DNA from: an uncultured delta proteobacterium
Lineage (GTDB): Bacteria; Desulfobacterota; Binatia; Binatales; Binataceae
DNA length: 64,000 bases
Direction of reading: 5' to 3'
Assembly: GCA_963842085.1 (NCBI GenBank)
Contig: CAWJET010000002.1
Coordinates: 896,001-960,000 of the forward strand
This document shows positions 21,177 to 30,109 of this stretch, piece by piece; position 1 is the stretch's first letter; every line of letters begins with the position of its first letter. Position numbers and translations under genes: made by a program. Below the pieces are notes generated by a model. The model had not been told where the DNA came from. It did not search any database and saw only the letters and a program-made list of their open reading frames with translations.

Positions 21177-22112
21177 ATGCCTCCCCACCGCCCCTCCTCT
21201 ATCCTGCCATTTGCTTTCCCTCGGATTGCGAGCCGGGGGGCTATCGCGATCGCGCTCGTACTCGGGCTGGCCGGATGCGCTCCGTCGGCACTCACCTCTG
21301 CGCGTAGTCAAATTGCGGCCGCCAATTATCCGGCAGCCCGTCAGGAACTGGTCGCTCTGTCAGCCCGCAGTGACTTGAGCGAGAGCGAACGGCGCGAAGT
21401 GAAAGACGACCTATGTCTCTGTGACTTCAAGATCGGCCGCCCGGCGTACACGCTAGCCGAGCAGCGCGCCGTCTGCGCCGACGCGGCAAAGGAACCGGGC
21501 AGCCAGAGCAGTTCGATTATCGCGCAAATCGACGGGGCGCAGCGCAGCAAGGACGCGCAGGAGGTCGACGCCGCCCTGGCCGCGCATGACTTGGCGGACG
21601 CCGAGCGCGCCGCTATCGACTACCAGAGCCTGCCTGGCGCCGATCCTGCGACGCTTGCGCGATGGTCAAAGCAGGTCTGGACGCTGGCGGACGCTCAGGT
21701 GTTTGCGGATTCGACCGCGAAGAAACGCTCGCTCAACGCCGCGATCGCCGAGGTGCGCAAGAACCATCGCGAGGTCGAGGAAATGGACCAGCGCCAGTTC
21801 ACCCGATGGGTCGCCAGGACTGCGACCGTCTCCGGAACCGCCCTCGCGTCCCGCGTCGAGCTGAACGATTCGACCCTGAACCTGTCCATCGACGACGCGA
21901 ACATGCCGCTTGCCGCGCTCAACCTCGACCGGTTCACGACGATCAATGACGCGATGGTGGCGCGATGCGGTTGCGACGCACGCACCGACGTGGCGGTCGC
22001 CGAGACCGGCTTCCCCGCCTACTTCATCAGGCTGGATCCCGAGACTCGAATGTCCGAAGTCATGATCCTGCCGCGAGGCGATCGCGCGATCGCCTCGGCC
22101 ATCTCGGACTGA
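21177..22112 (+). CDS. Hypothetical lipoprotein
   Basis: LAGC lipobox; several Cys; divergent from flp. Confidence 0.65.
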   Translation: MPPHRPSSILPFAFPRIASRGAIAIALVLGLAGCAPSALTSARSQIAAANYPAARQELVALSARSDLSESERREVKDDLCLCDFKIGRPAYTLAEQRAVCADAAKEPGSQSSSIIAQIDGAQRSKDAQEVDAALAAHDLADAERAAIDYQSLPGADPATLARWSKQVWTLADAQVFADSTAKKRSLNAAIAEVRKNHREVEEMDQRQFTRWVARTATVSGTALASRVELNDSTLNLSIDDANMPLAALNLDRFTTINDAMVARCGCDARTDVAVAETGFPAYFIRLDPETRMSEVMILPRGDRAIASAISD

Positions 22113-22264
22113 GCTTCGACTCGGTCGAACACCCCGGCCGCTCCCGTTCTGCTTAGTTATAAAAAATGTTTTGTGGTACTCATTCCACTTAACTGAGATT
22201 CGCGTTGGTGCTGCCGCCCCTGCGGGCGGCGGTCTCGGGAGCTGCGAAAATCTTGGCCGCACTT

Positions 22265-23320
22265 ATGCAGCGCTGGTGGTTGACGATTGCCGTTGCCAAT
22301 GCAGTGGCCGGCTGCGCCCCCGTTGCCGCGCTCGCCAACGACTGGGGAATGGGCGCTTCGAACTCGAAGATTCCCCCGAGCAGCGTCTTCACCCCGGTCT
22401 CGACCCCCGCCCACGAAATCAACACCGTCGCGTTGTTCGTCATCTCGATCACCGCGGTGATTTTCCTGATTGTCGCCGGCCTGCTTACTTACAGCATCGT
22501 CCGTTTTCGCGCCCGTCCCGGCGACGACGGCCGCGAACCGCCGCAGGTGTACGGCAGCAATCCGATCGAGTTCGCATGGACGACGGTCCCAGTCATCATT
22601 GTATTGGTGCTCATCCTCACCACCGCCCGTACCATATATACGGTCCAAGCGAGGGAGCGGCCGCCCGGCGCTCTCAGCGTCCACGTGATCGCGCATCAGT
22701 GGTGGTGGGAGTTCCGTTACCCCGACCTCGGCGTCGTCACCGCCAATGAGCTTCACGTTCCGCTGAGCGATCCGAAAAATCCCACGCCGACGTTTCTTGA
22801 TCTCGAGTCCGCCGATGTCGCGCACAGCTTCTGGGTGCCGCGCCTGGCCGGCAAGACTGACGTCATCCCGAACCGGAAAAATACGATGTGGATCGATCCG
22901 CACGTCGCCGGGACCTACCTCGGGCAGTGCGGTGAGTACTGCGGCACCGAGCATGCCATGATGCTGCTGCGCGTGATCGTCGAGCCGCGCGCCGACTTCG
23001 CTCGATGGGTCTCCGCGCAGAAGCAGCCGCCCGCCGTCGACGCCTCCGTCAGCCACGGCCGGCAGATTTTCGAATCCACCGCCTGCGTCAATTGCCATAC
23101 TATTCGCGGCACCGCGGCTGACGGACGTTTCGGTCCCGACCTCACTCATCTGATGACTCGCGAGACGATCGGCGCTGGGGTCGCCATGAACACTCCCGAT
23201 CACTTGCGCGTCTGGGTCAGCGATCCCAACGTCATGAAGCCCGGCGCGCTCATGCCGGCGATGAATCTCGGCGACAAGGACCTCGACGACCTCGTCGCCT
23301 ATCTGGCCACGCTGCGCTGA
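22265..23320 (+). CDS. ctaC: Cytochrome c oxidase subunit II with fused cytochrome c (caa3 type)
   Basis: HQWWWEFRY, DVAHSFW, CuA motif CGEYCGTEHAMM, heme motif CVNCH; start uncertain. Confidence 0.95.
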   Translation: MQRWWLTIAVANAVAGCAPVAALANDWGMGASNSKIPPSSVFTPVSTPAHEINTVALFVISITAVIFLIVAGLLTYSIVRFRARPGDDGREPPQVYGSNPIEFAWTTVPVIIVLVLILTTARTIYTVQARERPPGALSVHVIAHQWWWEFRYPDLGVVTANELHVPLSDPKNPTPTFLDLESADVAHSFWVPRLAGKTDVIPNRKNTMWIDPHVAGTYLGQCGEYCGTEHAMMLLRVIVEPRADFARWVSAQKQPPAVDASVSHGRQIFESTACVNCHTIRGTAADGRFGPDLTHLMTRETIGAGVAMNTPDHLRVWVSDPNVMKPGALMPAMNLGDKDLDDLVAYLATLR

Positions 23321-23334
23321 GCTGGAGATACGGC

Positions 23335-25020
23335 ATGGCAGGTACCATCGATCAGGAAATCGCTCTCGGCGCTGTAGACGACGCGCAAGCGCTGCCCATT
23401 CTCGGCAAGCTTCACGAATGGGTCGTCACTGTCGATCACAAGCGTCTCGGCATCATGTACATCGTGGGTGGGCTCTTCTTTTTCCTGATCGCCGGCCTGC
23501 AAGCCGCGACGATTCGGCTTCAGCTCGTCGTCCCCGACGCCGGCATCGTGCCGCCGCAGGTATTCAACCGCCTGCTTACGATGCACGGCACCGCGATGGT
23601 CTTCCTGGTCGGGATGCCCATCCTTACCGGCTTCTTCAACTACCTCGTGCCGCTGATGATTGGCGCGCGCGACCTCGCCTTCCCGCGCCTCAACGCCTTC
23701 GGCTTCTGGCTATGGTTCTTCGGCGCCGTCCTCCTCTATTTCAGCTACATCGGCGGCGACGGCCTCTACGGCGCGGGCAGCGCACCCGACGTCGGCTGGT
23801 TCGCGTATGCTCCTCTAACCGAGCTGCCGTTCTCGCGCGGCAATAGTACTGACTATTGGATACTGAGTATTCTACTGACTAGTGTAGGCACAACTGCAAC
23901 CGCCATCAACATAATAGCCACTGCGTTCTGCATGCGATGCGAAGGGATGACGCTCAGCAAGATGCCGGTGCTCGTGTGGCTCGCCGTCGTCGTCGCCTTC
24001 ATGATGCTCGTAGCGTTGCCACCGCTCTCGGCCGCGCAGGCGATGCTACTACTCGATCGCTTCGCCGGTGCGCACTTCTTCGACACTCAAGCGGGCGGCT
24101 CTGCGGTCCTGTGGCAACACTTCTTCTGGATCTTCGGCCATCCCGAGGTCTACATCCTGGTGATTCCCGCTTTCGCCTTCGCCTCCGAGATCATCCCGGT
24201 CTTCTCGCGCAAAGTGATTTTCGGCTACAGCGTGATGGTCGCGGCGTCGTGCGCGATCGGGTTCATCAGCCTCAGCGTATGGGCGCATCACATGTTCGCC
24301 GTCGGCATGACGCCGGCCGGCAACTCGTTTTTCGCCTTGTCCACGATGCTGGTTGGCGTGCCGACCGGCATCAAGATCTTCAACTGGCTCGGCACAATCT
24401 GGGGCGGAAAACTTCGTTTCAAGGTACCGATGCTGTTCAGCCTTGGATTCCTATTTCAGTTTCTGGTCGCGGGTCTGACCGGCATCATGCTCGCCGTCGC
24501 ACCCTTCGATTGGCAAGTCACGGATACCTACTTCGTGGTTGCTCATTTCCACTACGTACTAGTCGGTGCGATCATCTTTATGGATTTCGCCGCTGTCTAT
24601 TATTGGTTCCCAAAGGCTACCGGCCGAATGCTCAGTGAGACTCTCGGCAAATGGCATTTCTGGCTATTCCTGATCGGCTTCCACCTGACTTTCGATACCC
24701 TGCATTTCGCGGGCCTGCGCGGAATGCCGCGCCGCATCTATACCTATCAGCCCGGCCGCGGCCTCGAGACTTTAAACCTGATCGCATCGATCGGAGCGCT
24801 GGTGCAGGGCATCGCGGTCCTCATATTCGTGATCAACATTGTGCGCTCGCTCCGCTCCGGCGACCCGGCCGGCGACGACCCCTGGGACGCGTGGACCCTG
24901 GAATGGTCCACAACCTCTCCGCCACCCGAATACAACTTCGCGGAGTCGCCCGTAGTCCGCAGCCGCCGCCCGCTCTGGGATCTGAAACATCCAGAAGACC
25001 CCGACTGGAAGTACGAATGA
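23335..25020 (+). CDS. ctaD: Cytochrome c oxidase subunit I (A1 type)
   Basis: DHKRLG, MHG, FGHPEVY, WAHH, HFHY, GMPRR. Confidence 0.97.
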   Translation: MAGTIDQEIALGAVDDAQALPILGKLHEWVVTVDHKRLGIMYIVGGLFFFLIAGLQAATIRLQLVVPDAGIVPPQVFNRLLTMHGTAMVFLVGMPILTGFFNYLVPLMIGARDLAFPRLNAFGFWLWFFGAVLLYFSYIGGDGLYGAGSAPDVGWFAYAPLTELPFSRGNSTDYWILSILLTSVGTTATAINIIATAFCMRCEGMTLSKMPVLVWLAVVVAFMMLVALPPLSAAQAMLLLDRFAGAHFFDTQAGGSAVLWQHFFWIFGHPEVYILVIPAFAFASEIIPVFSRKVIFGYSVMVAASCAIGFISLSVWAHHMFAVGMTPAGNSFFALSTMLVGVPTGIKIFNWLGTIWGGKLRFKVPMLFSLGFLFQFLVAGLTGIMLAVAPFDWQVTDTYFVVAHFHYVLVGAIIFMDFAAVYYWFPKATGRMLSETLGKWHFWLFLIGFHLTFDTLHFAGLRGMPRRIYTYQPGRGLETLNLIASIGALVQGIAVLIFVINIVRSLRSGDPAGDDPWDAWTLEWSTTSPPPEYNFAESPVVRSRRPLWDLKHPEDPDWKYE

Positions 25021-25036
25021 ACCAGAGCGTCTTCTA

Positions 25037-25639
25037 ATGGCCGCAGCATCCACCGCGATTCCCGCAACCGCCGCGCAATGGAGCGAAATCCTCCCGCGAC
25101 GCGGCCGCGTCGGCATCGTCGCGCTGATTCTCACCGAGTCCGTGTTCTTCTCGATTTTCGTGGTCGCCTACCTCTTTTACATCGGCAAGAGCCTCACCGG
25201 TCCATTTCCGAAGGACGTCCTCTCTCCGCCGATTCTGAATACCATCTGCCTCCTCTCGAGCAGCGTCACAATCGTTGTTGCGATGCGAGCGCTGCGGGTC
25301 GGCTCCATCCGCGCTTTTGCCGTCTGGTGGTTCATTACCTTTGCGCTCGGCTTCGAATTCCTGACCGGCACGGCGCTCGAATGGCATCGACTCATCTACC
25401 ACGAGGGCCTTACGATTCAGACCAATCTCTTCGGCACCACCTATTACTCACTGGTCGGTCTGCACGCGCTCCACGTTACTATCGGGTTACTATTGATTTT
25501 GCTCGTGATGGTTCTGACTATGTGCGGTTACATAAATGACCGCCACGTCGAACGAACTGATGTACTCTCATGGTATTGGCACTTCGTCGATGCGGTGTGG
25601 GTAGTAGTATTCCTGACCGTGTACGTGATCGGTCGATGA
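25037..25639 (+). CDS. ctaE: Cytochrome c oxidase subunit III
   Basis: TESVFF, GLHALHV, YWHFVDAVW. Confidence 0.93.
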   Translation: MAAASTAIPATAAQWSEILPRRGRVGIVALILTESVFFSIFVVAYLFYIGKSLTGPFPKDVLSPPILNTICLLSSSVTIVVAMRALRVGSIRAFAVWWFITFALGFEFLTGTALEWHRLIYHEGLTIQTNLFGTTYYSLVGLHALHVTIGLLLILLVMVLTMCGYINDRHVERTDVLSWYWHFVDAVWVVVFLTVYVIGR

Positions 25640-25648
25640 GCTAACGCA

Positions 25649-26485
25649 ATGGCTATTCAGGAAAATGCCGACAGAGTAATCGAAGCCCCCGCGCCGACCG
25701 CGTGGCCGATGATCATGGCGCTGGGCCTGGCGCTCGCCTTCGCCGGCCTGGTCACCAATATCGCGGTCAGCATGGTGGGCTTCATCCTTACTATAGCGGG
25801 CGCCGTCGGATGGTTTGGCGAGGTACTTCCCGCCGAGCATCGCGATCTGGTTCGCGTCGAGCCCGCCGGTGAAGTCATCGTCCCCGCAAGAATCGGGGTC
25901 GATTATCTTCAGGTCGGAGAGCTGGGCAATCGCGCCATCCTGCCGCTCGAAATCTATCCATACTCCGCCGGAATCAAGGGCGGCATCGCAGGCGGCGTCG
26001 CGATGGCTGCGCTCGCCGTGTTGCAGGGCATCGCGTTTCATGGAAGCCCCTGGTACACCGTCAACATTCTCGCGGCAACAGCGATGGCGAATCTCGCCAA
26101 TGCCAGCACCGCGACGCTCTGCACGTTCATCCCGCAAGCATTCGTTGTAGCGCTGATCATTCACGCCTCCGCTTCGATACTGGTCGGACTGCTATACGGC
26201 GTGATGCTTCCGATGTTCCCGCGCTATCCCGCATTGTGGGCCGCGCTTGTCGCCCCGCTCCTGTGGACCGGCCTGCTATGGTCGTCGCTCAGCGTGATAA
26301 ATCCTCTACTCGACGCGCGCATCGAGTGGCGATGGTTCATCCTGTGTCAGATCGCCTTCGGCGCTGTCGCGGGTTTCGTCATTAACCTGACCGAGCGCGT
26401 CCATACACTGCAGCATCTACCATTCGCCGTTCGCACCGGCATCGAGGCGCCCGGCCTCGAAGAGAAACGCGAGGATCGGGAGTAA
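25649..26485 (+). CDS. Polytopic membrane protein; N-terminus resembles oxidase subunit IV
   Basis: PAPTAWPM...GW N-terminus plus further TM helices; operon position. Confidence 0.6.
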   Translation: MAIQENADRVIEAPAPTAWPMIMALGLALAFAGLVTNIAVSMVGFILTIAGAVGWFGEVLPAEHRDLVRVEPAGEVIVPARIGVDYLQVGELGNRAILPLEIYPYSAGIKGGIAGGVAMAALAVLQGIAFHGSPWYTVNILAATAMANLANASTATLCTFIPQAFVVALIIHASASILVGLLYGVMLPMFPRYPALWAALVAPLLWTGLLWSSLSVINPLLDARIEWRWFILCQIAFGAVAGFVINLTERVHTLQHLPFAVRTGIEAPGLEEKREDRE

Positions 26486-26486
26486 A

Positions 26487-27191
26487 TTGAACGCGCGCCG
26501 AATTATTTCGCTCCTCGCGATCGCGTCGCTCGGCGCCCACCTGCTCACTGGATGCGATTCGCTTCCCGGCCGTCCCACCAAGGCCGATCTTCCAGTCCGC
26601 CCCTCGGACGTGGCGGACTTTGCCAAACTGTACGGCGAGAATTGTGCGGGATGTCACGGCGTCGACGGCAAATTTGGCGCCGCGCTCGCGATGAACAACT
26701 CCGTCTATCTCGGCATCATCGACGACGCTTCGATGCGGCGCGTCATCGCCGACGGAGTTCCAGGCACCGCAATGCCGCCGTTTGCGCACAGTGCCGGCGG
26801 TTCGCTGACTGATCGCCAGATCGACATCGTGATCGCCGGTGTCCGCAAAAGCTGGGCGCGTGCCCCAGGAGCCGCCGCAGGCGCTCCGCCTTACTCGAGT
26901 TCCACCTCAGGCGATCCAGATCGAGGCGCTCAGGTTTATGCGTCACACTGCCAATCGTGTCATGGCCCCGACGGCAACGGCGGAACCGCGGGATCAATCG
27001 TCGATCCTTCCTACCTTAAGCTCGTGAGCAATCAGTACTTGCGAACGATCGTGATCGCGGGACGCCCCGACCTCGGCCAGCCCGATTGGAAGAACGACGT
27101 CCCTGGACAACCGCTGACACCCGCGCAAGTTGCCGACGTCGTCGCATGGCTCTCATCGAAACGTCCTGTACCGTTGACACTGAGTAATTGA
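26487..27191 (+). CDS. Diheme cytochrome c lipoprotein
   Basis: LTGC lipobox; CAGCH and CQSCH. Confidence 0.88.
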   Translation: MNARRIISLLAIASLGAHLLTGCDSLPGRPTKADLPVRPSDVADFAKLYGENCAGCHGVDGKFGAALAMNNSVYLGIIDDASMRRVIADGVPGTAMPPFAHSAGGSLTDRQIDIVIAGVRKSWARAPGAAAGAPPYSSSTSGDPDRGAQVYASHCQSCHGPDGNGGTAGSIVDPSYLKLVSNQYLRTIVIAGRPDLGQPDWKNDVPGQPLTPAQVADVVAWLSSKRPVPLTLSN

Positions 27192-27192
27192 A

Positions 27193-27702
27193 ATGACTCT
27201 ATCTCCCGAGAAGACAACGCGGCGTACCTTTCTCTTTCGTCTTGGGATAGCTATTAACGCAATAGCCATTGCGCTATTCGCAATACCAATTGTCGGCTAT
27301 GTGCTATCGCCCGGCCGCCGCTTCACCTGGCTCGACTGGATACCGCTCGGCCCGCTCACTGACTATCCAGAACACCAGACGCGCCTGGCCGAGTATGTAA
27401 ACCCGTTCAAACGAGCCTGGGACGGCGAGACCGCCAGGATTCCCTGCTGGGTGCGACGCCTCGCCGGCGACGAGTTCCAGGTCTTCGCCATCAATTGCAC
27501 CCATCTCGGGTGTCCCGTGCGGTGGTTCGCCGAATCCGAACTGTTTATGTGCCCCTGCCACGGCGGCGTATTTTATTCCGACGGCAGGCACGCGTCGGGA
27601 CCTCCACCGCGCCCGCTGTATCAATATAAATACAAGGTCGAGGCCGGCAAGCTGTGGATTCGCGCCGGCGAATTGCCCACGCTCGGCGAGCCGCAAGCAT
27701 GA
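27193..27702 (+). CDS. qcrA: Rieske iron-sulfur subunit
   Basis: Tat motif TRRTFL, CTHLGC, CPCHGG, GPPPRPL. Confidence 0.93.
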   Translation: MTLSPEKTTRRTFLFRLGIAINAIAIALFAIPIVGYVLSPGRRFTWLDWIPLGPLTDYPEHQTRLAEYVNPFKRAWDGETARIPCWVRRLAGDEFQVFAINCTHLGCPVRWFAESELFMCPCHGGVFYSDGRHASGPPPRPLYQYKYKVEAGKLWIRAGELPTLGEPQA

Positions 27703-29165
27703 TCGACGTGCTCAAGTCCGCCGCTCGATGGCTCGACGCACGTCTCCAGCTCGGTAGTACGATCGCCGAAGTCGCCGAGCATCCCGTGCCGCGCAGCTCA
27801 GCGAGCTGGTGGTACGTATTCGGCAGCGCCACGCTCGTCGTCTTTATTTTGCAAGTAGTCAGTGGCATCTGCCTCGCGACTGTCTATACTCCCGCCGCCG
27901 ACCGCGCGTGGAACAGCCTGATATATTTGAACTACCAACAACCGCTCGGATGGTATTTGCGCGCACTGCACGGCTGGGGCTCCAACTTCATGGTCGCCCT
28001 GATGTTCGTGCATATGATCCAGGTCTTCCTGTTCGGCGCTTACAAATTTCCGCGCGAGCTCACCTGGGTCGCAGGATGCGTGCTGCTTTTGTGCACGCTC
28101 GGCATGGCGTTCACCGGCCAGGTTCTTCGTTTCGATCAGAACGCGTACTGGGGCCTCGGCATCGGCGCGTCGATCGCCGGACGCACTCCGCTCATCGGCT
28201 TCATGATCGTGCACCTCATTCTCGGCGGACCCATCATCGCCGGCGAGACCCTGTCGCGCTTCTTCACCCTGCACGTGTTCGTGATTCCCGCGCTGCTGAT
28301 TGGCTTCGTCGGCTTGCATCTATTCTTAGTATTGCGATTAGGCATCAACGAATGGCCGATGCCCGGTCGAATAGTCAGACGCAATACCTACATCGAACAG
28401 TATCGAGCACTAGTACAGGCAGACGGCGAGCCGTTCCTTCCATTCGCTGCGCAAAAAGATCTCATCTTCGCCGGACTGATTATCCTGGGCCTGCTCGTAG
28501 TAGCCGCTGTCGAAGGCCCGATCGGTCCCAACGGCCAGCCCGATCCGACAATCATCCAGACGGTGCCGCGCCCCGACTTTTTCTTCCTCTGGCTATTCTC
28601 GCTGTTCGCATTGCTGCCGCCGTGGACCGAAACCTTCCTGATGCTCACCGGTCCGGTCGCGGTCATCGGACTTTTGTTCGCCGTGCCTTTCATTTCCGGG
28701 ACCGGGGAGAAAAGCTGGCGTCGCCGTCCCTTCTCCGTCGTGATCGTTATTCTCGCCGTCACGATCGTCGGCACGCTGACCTGGCTGGGCACGTTTTCGC
28801 CATGGTCGCCCGTGATGGACGCGTGGAGCGCCGCGCCGACGCCGGTTGACTACGTCAGGGGCCGCACTCCGCTGGAACTTCAGGGCGCGCTACTCGTGCA
28901 GAGCAAGCAGTGCCGCAACTGCCACTCGCTCGGCGGCGTAGGCGGGATGCGCGGCCCCGCGCTCGACGACACCGCCACCCGCCTCACGCGCGACCAGATC
29001 GTTCGCCAGATCATTCAAGGTGGCGGCAACATGCCGGCCTACGGCAAGAACCTCACGCCCGCGGAAGTCAACGCGCTCGTCGCATTTCTCGCCACGATGC
29101 ATCCACGCGGCGAACCTCCCGCACGCGACTCGGCGCGGCCCGCCGTCCCCGCATCGAGCAACTAA
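27699..29165 (+). CDS. qcrB: Cytochrome b with fused subunit IV and C-terminal cytochrome c
   Basis: WWYVFGS, RALHGWG, PRELTW, RFFTLHV, PDFF in place of PEWY, CRNCH. Confidence 0.93.
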   Translation: MIDVLKSAARWLDARLQLGSTIAEVAEHPVPRSSASWWYVFGSATLVVFILQVVSGICLATVYTPAADRAWNSLIYLNYQQPLGWYLRALHGWGSNFMVALMFVHMIQVFLFGAYKFPRELTWVAGCVLLLCTLGMAFTGQVLRFDQNAYWGLGIGASIAGRTPLIGFMIVHLILGGPIIAGETLSRFFTLHVFVIPALLIGFVGLHLFLVLRLGINEWPMPGRIVRRNTYIEQYRALVQADGEPFLPFAAQKDLIFAGLIILGLLVVAAVEGPIGPNGQPDPTIIQTVPRPDFFFLWLFSLFALLPPWTETFLMLTGPVAVIGLLFAVPFISGTGEKSWRRRPFSVVIVILAVTIVGTLTWLGTFSPWSPVMDAWSAAPTPVDYVRGRTPLELQGALLVQSKQCRNCHSLGGVGGMRGPALDDTATRLTRDQIVRQIIQGGGNMPAYGKNLTPAEVNALVAFLATMHPRGEPPARDSARPAVPASSN

Positions 29166-29184
29166 GCGCACGAGCATCTTCGCC

Positions 29185-30078
29185 GTGAACTCCGCAATAC
29201 AAAGCGCCTTCGATTCGTGGACTCCTCCCGTCGCCACTATCGCGACGCTGCTACTCACCGCCGCTGTGTACGCGCGCGGCTTCGCGCGCCTGCACCGGCA
29301 GATGCCGCAACGCTTCCCCGTCTGGCGACTTGCGTCGTTCATGGCCGGAATCGCCGCGCTCTTCATCGCGATCGCCTCGCCGCTCGAGGCGCTCGACGAC
29401 CTGCTGCTGCAGATTCACATGACGCAGCATCTCATTCTGATGCTGGTCGCGCCGTCGCTTCTGCTCGCGGGCGCACCGGCGATCGCGCTCGTGCGCGGGC
29501 TCCCTCCACGTATCGCCCGGGCGCTCGTCGGCCCAATTCTTCGCTCGACTGCCGCGCGCCGGCTCTTCGCATGGCTGACGGAGCCGCTGGTATGCTGGCT
29601 CGCATTCGTCGCCGCGACCTGGGGATGGCATCTGCCCTCCACCTTTCAGCTCGCGCTGCGCTCCGACGGATGGCACGTGGTCGAGCACGCATGCTTTTTC
29701 ACCACCGCGCTAATGTTCTGGTACCCGGTCATCCAGCCGTGGCCGAGCGCCGCGCGATGGCCGCGATGGGCGATGCTTCCATATCTGTTGCTCGCCGACG
29801 GTCAGAACACAGTCCTTTCCGCGCTGTTCATGTTTTCCGATCGGTTGCTTTATCCGTTCTATGCGGCCGCGCCCCGCGTCGCGGGCTTCACTCCCCTTGG
29901 CGACCAGATTGTCGCCGGCGCTATCATGTGGGTGCCCGGTTCGGTTTTTTATCTCGTGCCGGCCGCGCTCATCATGTTTCAGATGCTCGCGCCGCGAAAC
30001 CTGCTGTCTCCTCTCCCCGCAAGGGAGAGGACTAAGGTGAGGGTCCTTATTCAGCGCGCATTTTCCGCGCGCGATTGA
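29185..30078 (+). CDS. ctaG: caa3-type oxidase assembly factor CtaG
   Basis: HMTQH, WHLP, HVVEH, DQIVAGAIMWVPG; GTG start. Confidence 0.88.
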   Translation: MNSAIQSAFDSWTPPVATIATLLLTAAVYARGFARLHRQMPQRFPVWRLASFMAGIAALFIAIASPLEALDDLLLQIHMTQHLILMLVAPSLLLAGAPAIALVRGLPPRIARALVGPILRSTAARRLFAWLTEPLVCWLAFVAATWGWHLPSTFQLALRSDGWHVVEHACFFTTALMFWYPVIQPWPSAARWPRWAMLPYLLLADGQNTVLSALFMFSDRLLYPFYAAAPRVAGFTPLGDQIVAGAIMWVPGSVFYLVPAALIMFQMLAPRNLLSPLPARERTKVRVLIQRAFSARD

Positions 30079-30088
30079 AGGTTCTGCT
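30004..30088 (+). repeat. REP-like palindromic repeat, copy 1
   Basis: CTGTCTCCTCTCCC..GGGAGAGGAC.AAGGTGAGGGTC.TTATTCAGCGCGC..CGCGCGATT.AAG.TTCTGCT; matches 43986-44074. Confidence 0.85.
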
Positions 30089-30109
30089 CTGCGTTAGAAG
30101 GAGTCCGTC

